Of a stretch of DNA of 64,000 nt, positions 36,198 to 44,089 are shown one piece after another. A program made the translations under genes and the position numbers. Below the pieces are notes generated by a model. That model was not told the origin of the DNA. It searched no databases and saw nothing but the letters and a program-made list of their open reading frames with translations. Position 1 is the first letter of the stretch, and each line of letters opens with the position of its first letter. Source of the DNA: a virus (lineage: Duplodnaviria > Heunggongvirae > Uroviricota > Caudoviricetes); IMG/VR virus record IMGVR_UViG_3300020060_000009. One strand, 5' to 3'.

Positions 36198-36881
36198 ATG
36201 AGCTTATCAAACCAAACATCAACAGTCAGCCCTGCAAAACATTTTTTGCGAGTTAAGAGCGGAACCGTAAACTATTACGACAAGGAAGCACAGAAGAACA
36301 TCGACGTTCCACTACCTTTGTCATTCGTAGTTCTCGATCAGCTTGCAACAGTTAAGGGTTGGTCTGACAGTGACCAAAGTGGTTATTGGAGTAACGAGGT
36401 AAAATCAGCAGGACAAGATGTTCTAACCGTTCGTACATCGAAGGGCCAAAAAGCATCAGGTATCTGGAAGGAAATTAAAAGCGACCCAGCAGTGTCAGGT
36501 GCGAAGTTCAACGCTTCTGTCTACATTGCAGCACCAGGTCGTGAAGGTCTAGAAATTCAGAACATCGCATTTAGCGGTGCAAGTCTAAACGCTTGGATTG
36601 AATTTGTTAATGCAAATAAGGGCGTAACTCGCGGTAAGAACAAGGTGGTTATCACTGGGTTCAGCGATGAGAAAAAGGGTGCTGTGAAGTATCAAGTGCC
36701 TGTGTTTGCGGCTGAGGAGATCACTGAGTCTGAGCTAGGGGAAGCTATGGAACTGGATAAGGAGTTACAGACTTACTTGGACAGTTACTTTGCAAACCGT
36801 CGTTCAGAAGAGTTAGTAGCAGTTGCTACCGACGACGAAGAAGAGGGAAAGCCAGTTGACCTAAGCGAGATACCTTTTTAA
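36198..36881 (+). CDS. single-stranded DNA-binding protein, T7 gp2.5-like (putative)
   Basis: 227 aa with an acidic C-terminal tail TDDEEEGKPVDLSEIPF ending in Phe, as in gp2.5-family SSBs. The OB-fold region is not independently verified. Confidence 0.4.
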   Translation: MSLSNQTSTVSPAKHFLRVKSGTVNYYDKEAQKNIDVPLPLSFVVLDQLATVKGWSDSDQSGYWSNEVKSAGQDVLTVRTSKGQKASGIWKEIKSDPAVSGAKFNASVYIAAPGREGLEIQNIAFSGASLNAWIEFVNANKGVTRGKNKVVITGFSDEKKGAVKYQVPVFAAEEITESELGEAMELDKELQTYLDSYFANRRSEELVAVATDDEEEGKPVDLSEIPF

Positions 36882-36890
36882 GGAATCGCT

Positions 36891-37040
36891 ATGGGACAGG
36901 TTCTAATTATAGCCCTGTTGGTCGCAGTTATAGCTTTGGGAGGTCTCGCCATCTCCCAAAGCAAGACCATTGAAAAATACGAAAATGAGCTTATTAAAAA
37001 AGCCGGAAAGAACAAGAATGGGCCAAAGCAGTCAAAGTAA
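36891..37040 (+). CDS. small membrane protein (49 aa)
   Basis: MGQVLIIALLVAVIALGGLAIS...; overlaps the start region of the next gene. Confidence 0.3.
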   Translation: MGQVLIIALLVAVIALGGLAISQSKTIEKYENELIKKAGKNKNGPKQSK

Positions 37041-37830
37041 TTTAGTTCGGAAAATCGTAAAATGGAGCGCTATTGGTGTATTAGCACTATTGCTAATCAT
37101 CACATTTACAAGCGCCACTCGTAATATTGATACTGGTAAGATCGGTGTTGTTACACAATATGGTCGCGTTACTGGTCGTGAACTTGACGAAGGTTTTAAC
37201 TGGGTTCTGCCTTGGGGTGTGAACAATGTTACAGTCTACGATGTTAAGACGCAAAAAGTAGAAGCCCAAGCAGGTGCAGCTACCAAGGACTTGCAGGATG
37301 TGAACGCGACAATTGTCCTGACATATAGTCTTAATCAGGGTAAAGTAAAAGAAGTTCACCAAGCTGTTGGTAAAAACTTCCAAGCTATTGAAATTGACCC
37401 ACAGGTACAAGAAGCATTTAAGGCTGTTTCAGCAAACTACACCGCTAGTGAATTGATTACTAGTCGTGCAGAAGTAAAAGCAGCAGTTGTAAAGAACCTA
37501 AAAGAACGTGTAGAAAAGAATGGCCGTTATAATATCCAAGATGTAGCCATCACAGACTTTAAGTTTAGCGCAGCATTTAATGCAGCTATCGAAGCAGTGC
37601 AGATTGCAAACCAGCAAGTTGCACAGAAGCGTCAAGAACTCGAATCGGTAAGAGTTGAAGCAGAAAAAACAATTGCACAAGCTAATGCAGCAGCCGAAGC
37701 TCAACGTGCGCAGCAAGCTTCCTTGACACCAGAACTCTTGCAAAAACAAGCTATAGAAAAATGGGACGGTAAACTACCAGTTTACTCGACGGGTGGAAAC
37801 ACATTCTTCAACATCCCTACAGGAAAATAA
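37017..37830 (+). CDS. SPFH/band-7 (prohibitin/HflKC-like) domain membrane protein
   Basis: N-terminal TM, then GKIGVVTQYGRVTGRELDEGFNWVLPWG...VYDVKTQK, the characteristic PHB-domain start. Long Ala/Gln-rich coiled-coil C-terminus. Confidence 0.65.
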
Positions 37831-37834
37831 GCAT

Positions 37835-38203
37835 ATGCTTCTAATTACTGCCTTAACAGGTATGTTGGAAGCAAGAAACAGCCTTCAAAAAACGGAGGCT
37901 ATTTCTAACCCTACATACATATCCGAACAAACACAAACACTTGCGCAGTATACAGGTGCAGTTGAGGAAGTCCTCGCCGAAGATGAAGCTGACCTCATAA
38001 TGAAAGAATCTAAAAGATTCAAGACTTATATGGAAGAAAAGAAGTCAGCCAACATGGCAACCAACTTACTTAAATATGATTTTACAGAAGAAAAAGCCGA
38101 GATAGTTAAACTAACTCGACTCTGTAATAGTAGTTGGAAGATTATCAGTGTGGCTCAAAGCAGGGTGAAGCACTTAATTGCCGAAGCAACTAATCAGATT
38201 TAA
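37835..38203 (+). CDS. hypothetical protein
   Basis: ORF from the ATG at 37835 (MLLITALTGMLEAR...). Confidence 0.4.
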   Translation: MLLITALTGMLEARNSLQKTEAISNPTYISEQTQTLAQYTGAVEEVLAEDEADLIMKESKRFKTYMEEKKSANMATNLLKYDFTEEKAEIVKLTRLCNSSWKIISVAQSRVKHLIAEATNQI

Positions 38204-38529
38204 ACCCAATCAGCAGGAACACCGTCGTCGGCTTCGGAGGCTTCTCTTTCTATTAACTCATCAAATGCTTCACGATCACAGTCTGCCACCTCTTGTAGGT
38301 TTATGTGTGCAGGGTAACCATTTTCTTCCATGAAACCAGTGACCTCTTCAAAAGCCGGATGAACGCTAAAGAGATAAGTACCTTTGCTTTCTTCTTCATC
38401 AGCGAAAAATACGTGATCGTATAAAGCTAGTTCACCCATGTGTCTGAACATTGATGTATTGTGACGAGTTGCTTCAAACTCTCCATCGGGCATCTGTATC
38501 GTAAATTTAGGTTCATTTTCTATTGCCAT
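38200..38529 (-). CDS. hypothetical acidic protein
   Basis: 109-aa ORF, convergent with the upstream gene. Confidence 0.45.
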   Translation of the reverse strand: MAIENEPKFTIQMPDGEFEATRHNTSMFRHMGELALYDHVFFADEEESKGTYLFSVHPAFEEVTGFMEENGYPAHINLQEVADCDREAFDELIEREASEADDGVPADWV

Positions 38530-38569
38530 ACCCTAAGTATACAACTCAGGAGCAATAAATGCAAGCCTA

Positions 38570-38827
38570 TTATACTTTACGTTTTTGGACAGCGTTCAAT
38601 ATAGCGCAGAACACGATAGCTCCAGCTAATGACCACAGTAATCCGGATAGATCAAATGCTAGAAAAGCTTGTTTACCACCACCGATAGCGTAACTAACGA
38701 GGTTACCTAGAAAAGCACCAACGATACCGATTAAGGTACTAATCAAGAACCCTGAATCGCGTCCGGTAATGCGTTGTGCTATCCAGCCTACAAGCGCACC
38801 TAATAAAATTGCAATAATTAATGACAT
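38570..38827 (-). CDS. GlsB/YeaQ/YmgE family membrane protein (transglycosylase-associated)
   Basis: 85 aa; GALVGWIAQ...GIVGAFLG motif pattern of the PF04226 family with 3 TM helices. Confidence 0.65.
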   Translation of the reverse strand: MSLIIAILLGALVGWIAQRITGRDSGFLISTLIGIVGAFLGNLVSYAIGGGKQAFLAFDLSGLLWSLAGAIVFCAILNAVQKRKV

Positions 38828-38873
38828 ATATTTTCTCCTGTTATCTATATCTATTATAACAGTAATAATCTTA

Positions 38874-38951
38874 TGGTGGGTCTTCTGGGGATCGAACCCA
38901 GGACATTCTGCTTAAGAGGCAGATGCTCTAACCTGCTGAGCTAAAGACCCA
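38874..38951 (-). tRNA. tRNA-Lys (anticodon CUU)
   Basis: T-arm ctggggatcgaacccag. Plus-strand anticodon stem ctgc/gcag with loop ttaagag. Confidence 0.6.
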
Positions 38952-39237
38952 TATGTTTGCAAACACCTACTGTCCTAGTCGTTATTCCGCAGTTTACACA
39001 ATAAATGCGAATGAGTTTAAAAACTCGAGCTGGCATAAAAACTGCTATCATTTCATTGCAACAAAAGCAACGTGGACGGCCGTATTCGTTAAGGTATTTA
39101 TCTATGAACTCGTGATTTAGTAATCCAGCTCTTAAATGCTGTCGCACTGGTAAATCATTTGTTCTCTTTTTTATATCCATGTATTTATTATATATGGTGG
39201 AGTCGCAGGTAGTCGAAACCTGATATCTATCGTGCAA
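38941..39237 (-). CDS. hypothetical Cys-rich protein
   Basis: 98 aa; CFCC...CVNCG. Its 3' end abuts or overlaps tRNA-Lys. Confidence 0.3.
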   Translation of the reverse strand: MHDRYQVSTTCDSTIYNKYMDIKKRTNDLPVRQHLRAGLLNHEFIDKYLNEYGRPRCFCCNEMIAVFMPARVFKLIRIYCVNCGITTRTVGVCKHMGL

Positions 39238-39270
39238 GGATAGTGTAATAGCCGTTATACGACGACCCCA
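39195..39270 (-). tRNA. tRNA-Ala (anticodon UGC)
   Basis: Acceptor GGGGTCG/CGACTCC. Anticodon stem CTATC/GATAG with loop CTTGCAC. T-loop TTTCGACT. Confidence 0.55.
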
Positions 39271-39352
39271 TAAATGAAATGTACTAAGGGAAGTTTTCGT
39301 ATAACTTACAACGAGGCAATTCCTGCTGAGTTTGACCCCTTAATCATACTTA

Positions 39353-39430
39353 ATTGTCGCATAGCAGGATTTGAACCTGCGCCATGAACCCCTAAAATGG
39401 GGCTGCTCTACCGCTGAGCTATATGCGACA
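39353..39430 (-). tRNA. tRNA-Lys-like (anticodon UUU), no encoded CCA
   Basis: 8-bp acceptor GTCGCATA/TATGCGAC. T-arm GCAGGTTCAAATCCTGC. Anticodon region CCCC-ATTTTA-GGGG with an imperfect stem. The 3' end is followed by AATT, not CCA. Confidence 0.45.
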
Positions 39431-39434
39431 TATT

Positions 39435-39512
39435 TGGTGACTCACGAAGGATTCAAACCTTCAACCTTCACGTTCGTAGCGTGATGCTCTATTCGATTAA
39501 GCTAGCGAGCCA
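39435..39512 (-). tRNA. tRNA-Arg (anticodon ACG)
   Basis: T-arm gaaggattcaaaccttc. Plus-strand anticodon stem cacg/cgtg with loop ttcgtag. Confidence 0.6.
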
Positions 39513-39742
39513 TATAGTGCCAAGTTACTGATTACAGACAGAACTTGGGCTGTAAGAAACTGGAGCTAGACGGTGCTACCCCGTCAATGGCATTACTAGT
39601 AAGTCCATTTACATTCCATTTGCCCATATTTGGTGGACTGAGTTTATAGTCATCTGCCCGTAACGACTAAACAGTTTAACGACATATTCAGGTCAATTAT
39701 TTCTTGGTTGCGGAGCTGGGTAATGCTCCCAGTGTCTCCTCC

Positions 39743-40105
39743 TTATGAGAGAGGCGAGATAACTTTTTCTCCACTCCGCAGTATTTGTGCTTTGCCAAAG
39801 GTTTTTATATCTACGGTTAGCGTCTTAATAACATGGCAATTTGCACAGAGCATTTGTAGATTATCCTTTGTTATTTTACCTCTATACAGTTTTCGCCAAG
39901 TCTGATCACCACCAAAATCTTCTTTATTTTTTCTAAGTAGGGGCTTTATATGATCTATTTGAAATGCCAATATATTTTCACAGTAACCACATTTAGCGCA
40001 TCTGTTATTAAACATCTCTGATACTTTTTCTCGTATCATCAATTGTTCTTTTTGTTTCCAAAGACGTTCATATTCACGCTGTTTGTTTTTATCTTTATAT
40101 GGCAT
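39743..40105 (-). CDS. HNH endonuclease
   Basis: CAKCGYC...IDHIKP...N...LCANCH, the HNH core with zinc-coordinating Cys pairs. Inside the tRNA array. Confidence 0.7.
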   Translation of the reverse strand: MPYKDKNKQREYERLWKQKEQLMIREKVSEMFNNRCAKCGYCENILAFQIDHIKPLLRKNKEDFGGDQTWRKLYRGKITKDNLQMLCANCHVIKTLTVDIKTFGKAQILRSGEKVISPLS

Positions 40106-40150
40106 AATCTTATTTAATTATAACCTTTTTGTGTTTTGTCAATGTACGTT

Positions 40151-40226
40151 TGGTGGTTCATCAAGGAATCGGACCTTGTGCACTCGGTATGTAACACCGA
40201 TGCTCTACCAATGAGCTAATGAACCA
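40151..40226 (-). tRNA. tRNA-Val (anticodon UAC)
   Basis: T-arm caaggaatcggaccttg. Plus-strand anticodon stem tcggt/accga with loop atgtaac. Confidence 0.6.
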
Positions 40227-40320
40227 TATGGACTTTTTGATTAACTTCTGTGTCCAAAGAAGCCGAGGCGATTTTACTCTTTATTTTCTGTTCGCGCGAA
40301 CATATACCTCTGGGAGCATT

Positions 40321-40396
40321 TGGTCGTGCCAGAAGGGGTTGAACCTTCTTCGTCAAGATATAAGCTTGATGCTCTAACCGTTGAGCTATGGCACAG
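40321..40396 (-). tRNA. tRNA-Ile (anticodon UAU)
   Basis: T-arm agaaggggttgaaccttct. Plus-strand anticodon stem tcaag/cttga with loop atataag (codon AUA). Confidence 0.55.
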
Positions 40397-40401
40397 TATT
40401 T

Positions 40402-40472
40402 TGGTAGCCACGCTGGGAATTGAACCCAGTATTAAGGTTTAGAACGCCTGTTACTTATCCTAAGACGTAGCC
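40402..40472 (-). tRNA. short tRNA-like gene with defective anticodon arm
   Basis: 71 nt. Acceptor GGCTACG/CGTGGCT and T-arm CTGGGTTCAATTCCCAG are good, but the anticodon region has only a 3-bp AGG/CCT stem around CGTTCTAAA. Possible anticodons UCU or CUA cannot be decided. Confidence 0.35.
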
Positions 40473-40608
40473 GTATTTGATTCACCACTAGCAGAGTCGA
40501 TACAAACGCACAAAAGGTACAATTTTCCAATGCTCTCGTCGCTGCATACAGGTTACTCCTTATCCTGCGTGGGTCGCCGTTTTTTCGTGTGAATCTTGGT
40601 CGTGGTGC

Positions 40609-40684
40609 AGGGATTCGAACCCTGACGATCTGATTGGAAGTCAGACATGCTAATCCGTTAAACATCACATCACGATAATTTCAC
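40609..40684 (-). tRNA. tRNA-Gly (anticodon UCC)
   Basis: T-arm cagggattcgaaccctg. Plus-strand anticodon stem ctga/tcag with loop ttggaag. Confidence 0.6.
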
Positions 40685-40761
40685 GAGCTAGTCCATGTCA
40701 TGCTGGATACTATCAATGCCACTTCATGCAAAGTTGGGCGCTCTCATTACTAAATTGTTAA

Positions 40762-40857
40762 ATTGGAGTCTTTAACGGAATTGAACCGTTCTACTCGGAG
40801 CCTACCTAGGATGGCCAGCCGAGTGTGCTACCGTTACACTAATGCGACATATATGGA
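40762..40857 (-). tRNA. aberrant ~96-nt tRNA-like element
   Basis: Good 5' half (GTCGCAT-TA-GTGT-AACGGTA-GCAC) and T-arm AACGGTTCAATTCCGTT plus CCA, but the 3' acceptor AAAGACT does not pair with the 5' end. The anticodon region CTCGG...CCGAG encloses about 20 nt. Confidence 0.3.
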
Positions 40858-40930
40858 GCCGACTTTCGGACTTGAACCGAACACCTGGTACTTACAAGAT
40901 ACCTGCTCTACCTGATGAGCTAAATCGGCA
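40854..40930 (-). tRNA. tRNA-Thr (anticodon UGU)
   Basis: Acceptor GCCGATT/AGTCGGC. Anticodon stem GGTAT/GTACC with loop CTTGTAA. T-arm TTCGGTTCAAGTCCGAA. Confidence 0.55.
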
Positions 40931-40931
40931 C

Positions 40932-41008
40932 ATGGTTGGCAATCTAAGACTTGAACTTAGGACACCTACTGTATCGGAGTAGCGCTCTACCACTGAGCTA
41001 ATTGCCAT
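40932..41008 (-). tRNA. tRNA-Ile (anticodon GAU), position 33 = C
   Basis: Perfect anticodon stem CTACT/AGTAG with tRNA-sense loop CCGATAC. T-arm ctaagacttgaacttag. Confidence 0.5.
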
Positions 41009-41113
41009 TATTGGAGGCAGGAGGAGAATAAACTTCTTGTGAGTACTACACATCATCTCCCACGTCCTAGCTAAGTTCGATAGGGAGTCCTACCTTTTGA
41101 ATTGTTAAAATCT

Positions 41114-41190
41114 AATTTGGAGGGTCTGATGGGTGCTGCCCCCATGACATTTTGCTTAAAAGGCAAATGCTCTACTGTTGAGCTACAGAC
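41114..41190 (-). tRNA. tRNA-Lys (anticodon UUU)
   Basis: Plus-strand anticodon stem tttgc/gcaaa with loop ttaaaag. T-arm ATGGG-GGCAGCA-CCCAT (unusual T-loop, plus strand reads tgctgcc). CCA encoded. Confidence 0.5.
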
Positions 41191-41344
41191 CCCTACTAAA
41201 AAAGGGACTGATTTGTCCCCTATTATTTTTCATGCTATAAGCTAAAAATAATAGGGCTACAGTTTGGCCTTGCCTCCGCGAATGACCATAGCAGTAGCTT
41301 GCACAATTGGGGTTGTACGCTTCGTCATAACTGCTATTCTTTCA

Positions 41345-41395
41345 CTCATACTTCCATTATACATTATTTATAAAATAAACACAAGCCTTTTTATT
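41345..41395 (-). promoter_or_regulatory. conserved promoter on the minus strand driving tRNA array 2
   Basis: Reverse complement reads ggcTTGTGTttattttataaataatgTATAATggaag (TTGTGT-N17-TATAAT), directed towards the tRNAs at 41190 down to 38874. Confidence 0.55.
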
Positions 41396-41397
41396 TC

Positions 41398-41430
41398 GCT
41401 TGTGTTATTAATGCAAATAGCGCATAATTG
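41398..41430 (+). promoter_or_regulatory. conserved phage promoter (TTGTGT-N17-CATAAT), divergent partner
   Basis: tcgcTTGTGTtattaatgcaaatagcgCATAATtg, upstream of 41438. Confidence 0.55.
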
Positions 41431-41437
41431 ATAATAC

Positions 41438-41704
41438 ATGGAAGATATTAAAATAGGGGATATAGTTCAGGGCGCGACATCTTTTAAACAAAAGAAGTTT
41501 GGCTTTGGTATCGTAATTAGTGTTAAGCAATCGAGCATTACCCCAATAACCGCTATATTCCTTTCCGAATATCTTGACTTTAGGGTTCACGACTTTAAAG
41601 ATACTGGCTTGAAAAAAGCAACTGTAAGCAAAATATTACATAACCAACTTAATAAATTATCTTACAACTATTCACAACTACTGGAAGAATTAAAACGTGC
41701 GTGA
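41438..41704 (+). CDS. hypothetical protein
   Basis: 88-aa ORF. Confidence 0.45.
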   Translation: MEDIKIGDIVQGATSFKQKKFGFGIVISVKQSSITPITAIFLSEYLDFRVHDFKDTGLKKATVSKILHNQLNKLSYNYSQLLEELKRA

Positions 41705-41707
41705 AAA

Positions 41708-41740
41708 CGCTTGTGTTTTAAATAAAAAAAGAGCATAATT
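41708..41740 (+). promoter_or_regulatory. conserved phage promoter (TTGTGT-N17-CATAAT)
   Basis: aacgcTTGTGTtttaaataaaaaaagagCATAATtg. Confidence 0.55.
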
Positions 41741-41763
41741 GCGTTCAAGAAGGGGAAAACAAA

Positions 41764-41994
41764 ATGGTAGAAAACAATAAAGAACAAAAAGCAGAAGAGC
41801 AACCAATAGAATGGTCTCTGACAGAGCAAAAAGTTCCGCTTATGGACGTTAGTTCCAAGTTTCGCCTAAGTCGAACCTTCGGTAAGAAAGACCCGTGGAT
41901 TGTTCGAGCGGTGGGGACAACTGTTGATGCAGTCGTTACATTCTTCTTTGACGTATACACGGCAATAAAAATAATAATGAAGGAGGTAATGTAG
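41764..41994 (+). CDS. hypothetical protein
   Basis: 76-aa ORF after the promoter and a GAAGGGG ribosome-binding site. Confidence 0.45.
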   Translation: MVENNKEQKAEEQPIEWSLTEQKVPLMDVSSKFRLSRTFGKKDPWIVRAVGTTVDAVVTFFFDVYTAIKIIMKEVM

Positions 41995-42371
41995 TGTCAG
42001 GCGAAAATACCATGTACTTTGCGTACGATAATCTAGAAGGGGACGAATTTGGAGTTGGCTATTTGTCAACTAAGACCGACTGGGTTGATAGAACTAATAG
42101 TTGGGGAAGACAAGACGGCAATCGTCATGACTTTACAGAAAAATCTTGGGATAGTATATATCCTACTAATTTACGTGGCTGTGTTTTAGCAAAAGTTGAA
42201 TCAGATAACTCAGCGTTTTTAGTAACTTGGAAAGCCGATAATAAAGAAAATACCGTCAGAATTAGCAACAAAGGCGAATTTTCTTGGGAAAATAATTCAG
42301 CAAAAAGTTCATCAATTCCAAGGTGGATGAATCGACTTAAAAAAGCCATAAAAGAAAAGAATCTTGAATAA
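41994..42371 (+). CDS. hypothetical protein
   Basis: 125-aa ORF, translationally coupled. Confidence 0.45.
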   Translation: MSGENTMYFAYDNLEGDEFGVGYLSTKTDWVDRTNSWGRQDGNRHDFTEKSWDSIYPTNLRGCVLAKVESDNSAFLVTWKADNKENTVRISNKGEFSWENNSAKSSSIPRWMNRLKKAIKEKNLE

Positions 42372-42374
42372 AAC

Positions 42375-42407
42375 GCTTGTGTTTTTAGGAAAAAAAGAGC
42401 ATAATTG
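42375..42407 (+). promoter_or_regulatory. conserved phage promoter (TTGTGT-N17-CATAAT)
   Basis: aacgcTTGTGTttttaggaaaaaaagagCATAATtg. Confidence 0.55.
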
Positions 42408-42460
42408 TTTTCAGTGAACGACAAAAGAACGTCACAAATAAAAAGGAAGGCTCAAAAAGT

Positions 42461-42728
42461 CATGTCAAATAAAGATAAAAAAGTAACAGAAACAAAAGTA
42501 GAAACTACTAAGGCTAAAAGCTTAGAAGAAGAAAACAAAGGTATGAATAACGTCATCGTTCGTGGTATACTGGGCATAGTGTTGCTTGCAGTATTTGGAA
42601 GTATTCTGTTTAGCACTTGGGTAATTTGGACTGGGACAGATAATCCTATGTACAAAATATTCACAGGCCCCGCTGCATTGTTTGATGTATTCATCGCATT
42701 CGTAGCATTTTCTAAAATACTTAAATAG
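42461..42728 (+). CDS. small membrane protein
   Basis: Start MSNKDKK after AAAGGAAGG. Two TM helices at the C-terminus. The supplied ORF 42405..42728 probably starts here. Confidence 0.45.
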
Positions 42729-42786
42729 TAAAGGAACAAATTGTTGGCTAAACTTCCCTGAGTAATGTCTGATAAGCCAGCGGATT

Positions 42787-43482
42787 ATGCGTAAAGCACA
42801 AATCATAGTAGCTATAGTGGCAGTGTTAACCCTCGGTGGTTTTACATGGTTAGCCATTAATAGTGGGATTACAACTAAAAATCTTGACATCAAGACGATA
42901 AAGTTGCAATCGACAGAAGCCAAGTTAAAAGATGTCAACGTCCAAGTTGAACAACTCAAGACTCAATCTTCTAGAGATAAAGAAAAAGCAGAACAACTCG
43001 AAAAAGAAAAAAAAGAACTAGAAGCAAAGCTTGTAGCGAAAGCAGAAGCAAAAGCTAAACTAGAACTTGCAGCAGCTCAAGCAGAAGCAAAGCTCACCGC
43101 TACGCAAACTGTATCAGCTAAAGCAACTGCTTCGTTACCGTCCGGTTCACACAACGACTGGATGGCACAAGCAGGAATCGCTGCTAGTGATTATGGTTTT
43201 GTAGATTACATCGTTATGCATGAGGGCCATTATGAACCCTGTGTAGTAAACGGTGGAACGGTGGATTGTAGTTATGCAATACCTGTCGATCAAGGCGGAA
43301 AAGGTGGACAAAAAGCTTACGGTGTTTGTCAGGCACTCCCAGGAAGCAAAATGGCTTCTGCCGGAGCTGATTGGGCAACGAACCCTATCACACAGCTTAA
43401 ATGGTGTCATGGTTATGCGATAGGTCGCTATACCACATGGGCAAACGCCTACAACTTCTGGATAAATAATAGATGGTGGTAA
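42787..43482 (+). CDS. membrane-anchored peptidoglycan hydrolase (transglycosylase-like domain) with coiled-coil linker
   Basis: N-terminal TM, Ala/Lys/Glu coiled coil, then C-terminal WMAQAGIAASDYGFVDYIVMHEGHYEPC...AYGVCQALPG...W..GY..RYTTWANAYNFW, resembling lytic-transglycosylase-like cell-wall binding or hydrolase domains. Confidence 0.5.
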   Translation: MRKAQIIVAIVAVLTLGGFTWLAINSGITTKNLDIKTIKLQSTEAKLKDVNVQVEQLKTQSSRDKEKAEQLEKEKKELEAKLVAKAEAKAKLELAAAQAEAKLTATQTVSAKATASLPSGSHNDWMAQAGIAASDYGFVDYIVMHEGHYEPCVVNGGTVDCSYAIPVDQGGKGGQKAYGVCQALPGSKMASAGADWATNPITQLKWCHGYAIGRYTTWANAYNFWINNRWW

Positions 43483-43490
43483 CCACCCGT

Positions 43491-43520
43491 TAAAAGACCC
43501 CTTGCGAGAGGGTCTTTTTT
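43491..43520 (+). terminator. rho-independent terminator
   Basis: aaaagacccc-ttgcgag-agggtctttttt, a GC-rich hairpin plus T-run right after the stop at 43482. Confidence 0.7.
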
Positions 43521-43524
43521 CTTA

Positions 43525-43557
43525 TGCTTGTGTTTTATTGTCTAAAAGAGCATAATT
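43525..43557 (+). promoter_or_regulatory. conserved phage promoter (TTGTGT-N17-CATAAT)
   Basis: atgcTTGTGTtttattgtctaaaagagCATAATtc. Confidence 0.55.
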
Positions 43558-43588
43558 CTCCCCATAAGTAAAAGAGAAAGGCTTATCA

Positions 43589-44080
43589 ATGATCGCAAGT
43601 AAACTAATCATCAGTCAAGAAACTAGAGAAAAACTACTAAACCCTGTACTAACACCAATGAAGAAACGCGAACTACGTGAAGAACTCATTAAAGATAGTA
43701 TCCGAAAGGCAGTAGCTGGTTCTCGTACTAAACAAGAACTAGTTGCAGCAGCGGGATTTAACCCTGATGCCACATCGAATGATTATGCTAATGGCAACGG
43801 GCTTGTTAATAGTATGATCAAACGAGGCATTATCTCCCATAACCCTACTAGATCGTTTAGGAAAACTTGGACGGTGTGCGAAGATGTTAGAGTCACACCG
43901 ACTCCTAAGCAAGTAGCCGATGCTATTGTTCAACCTGAAAAAGAAATTATTGTTCAGACCAAGGAAAAGGTTCAAGTTAATAAAGGCACTTTAATTAACT
44001 TAGCTAAAGAATTTGCATGGAAGAATAATTCCGATAGTCTTCGTGACTTTATTATGTATACAGAAAATCGCTTAAAATAG
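43589..44080 (+). CDS. hypothetical protein
   Basis: 163-aa basic ORF. Confidence 0.45.
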   Translation: MIASKLIISQETREKLLNPVLTPMKKRELREELIKDSIRKAVAGSRTKQELVAAAGFNPDATSNDYANGNGLVNSMIKRGIISHNPTRSFRKTWTVCEDVRVTPTPKQVADAIVQPEKEIIVQTKEKVQVNKGTLINLAKEFAWKNNSDSLRDFIMYTENRLK

Positions 44081-44089
44081 GCTCTGTAC

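Noticed and set aside
39600-39742. tRNA at catatttggtggactgag... in array 2
   Set aside because: The CCA-like start is present, but no T-arm or acceptor pairing could be found. Left as an unexplained structured spacer.
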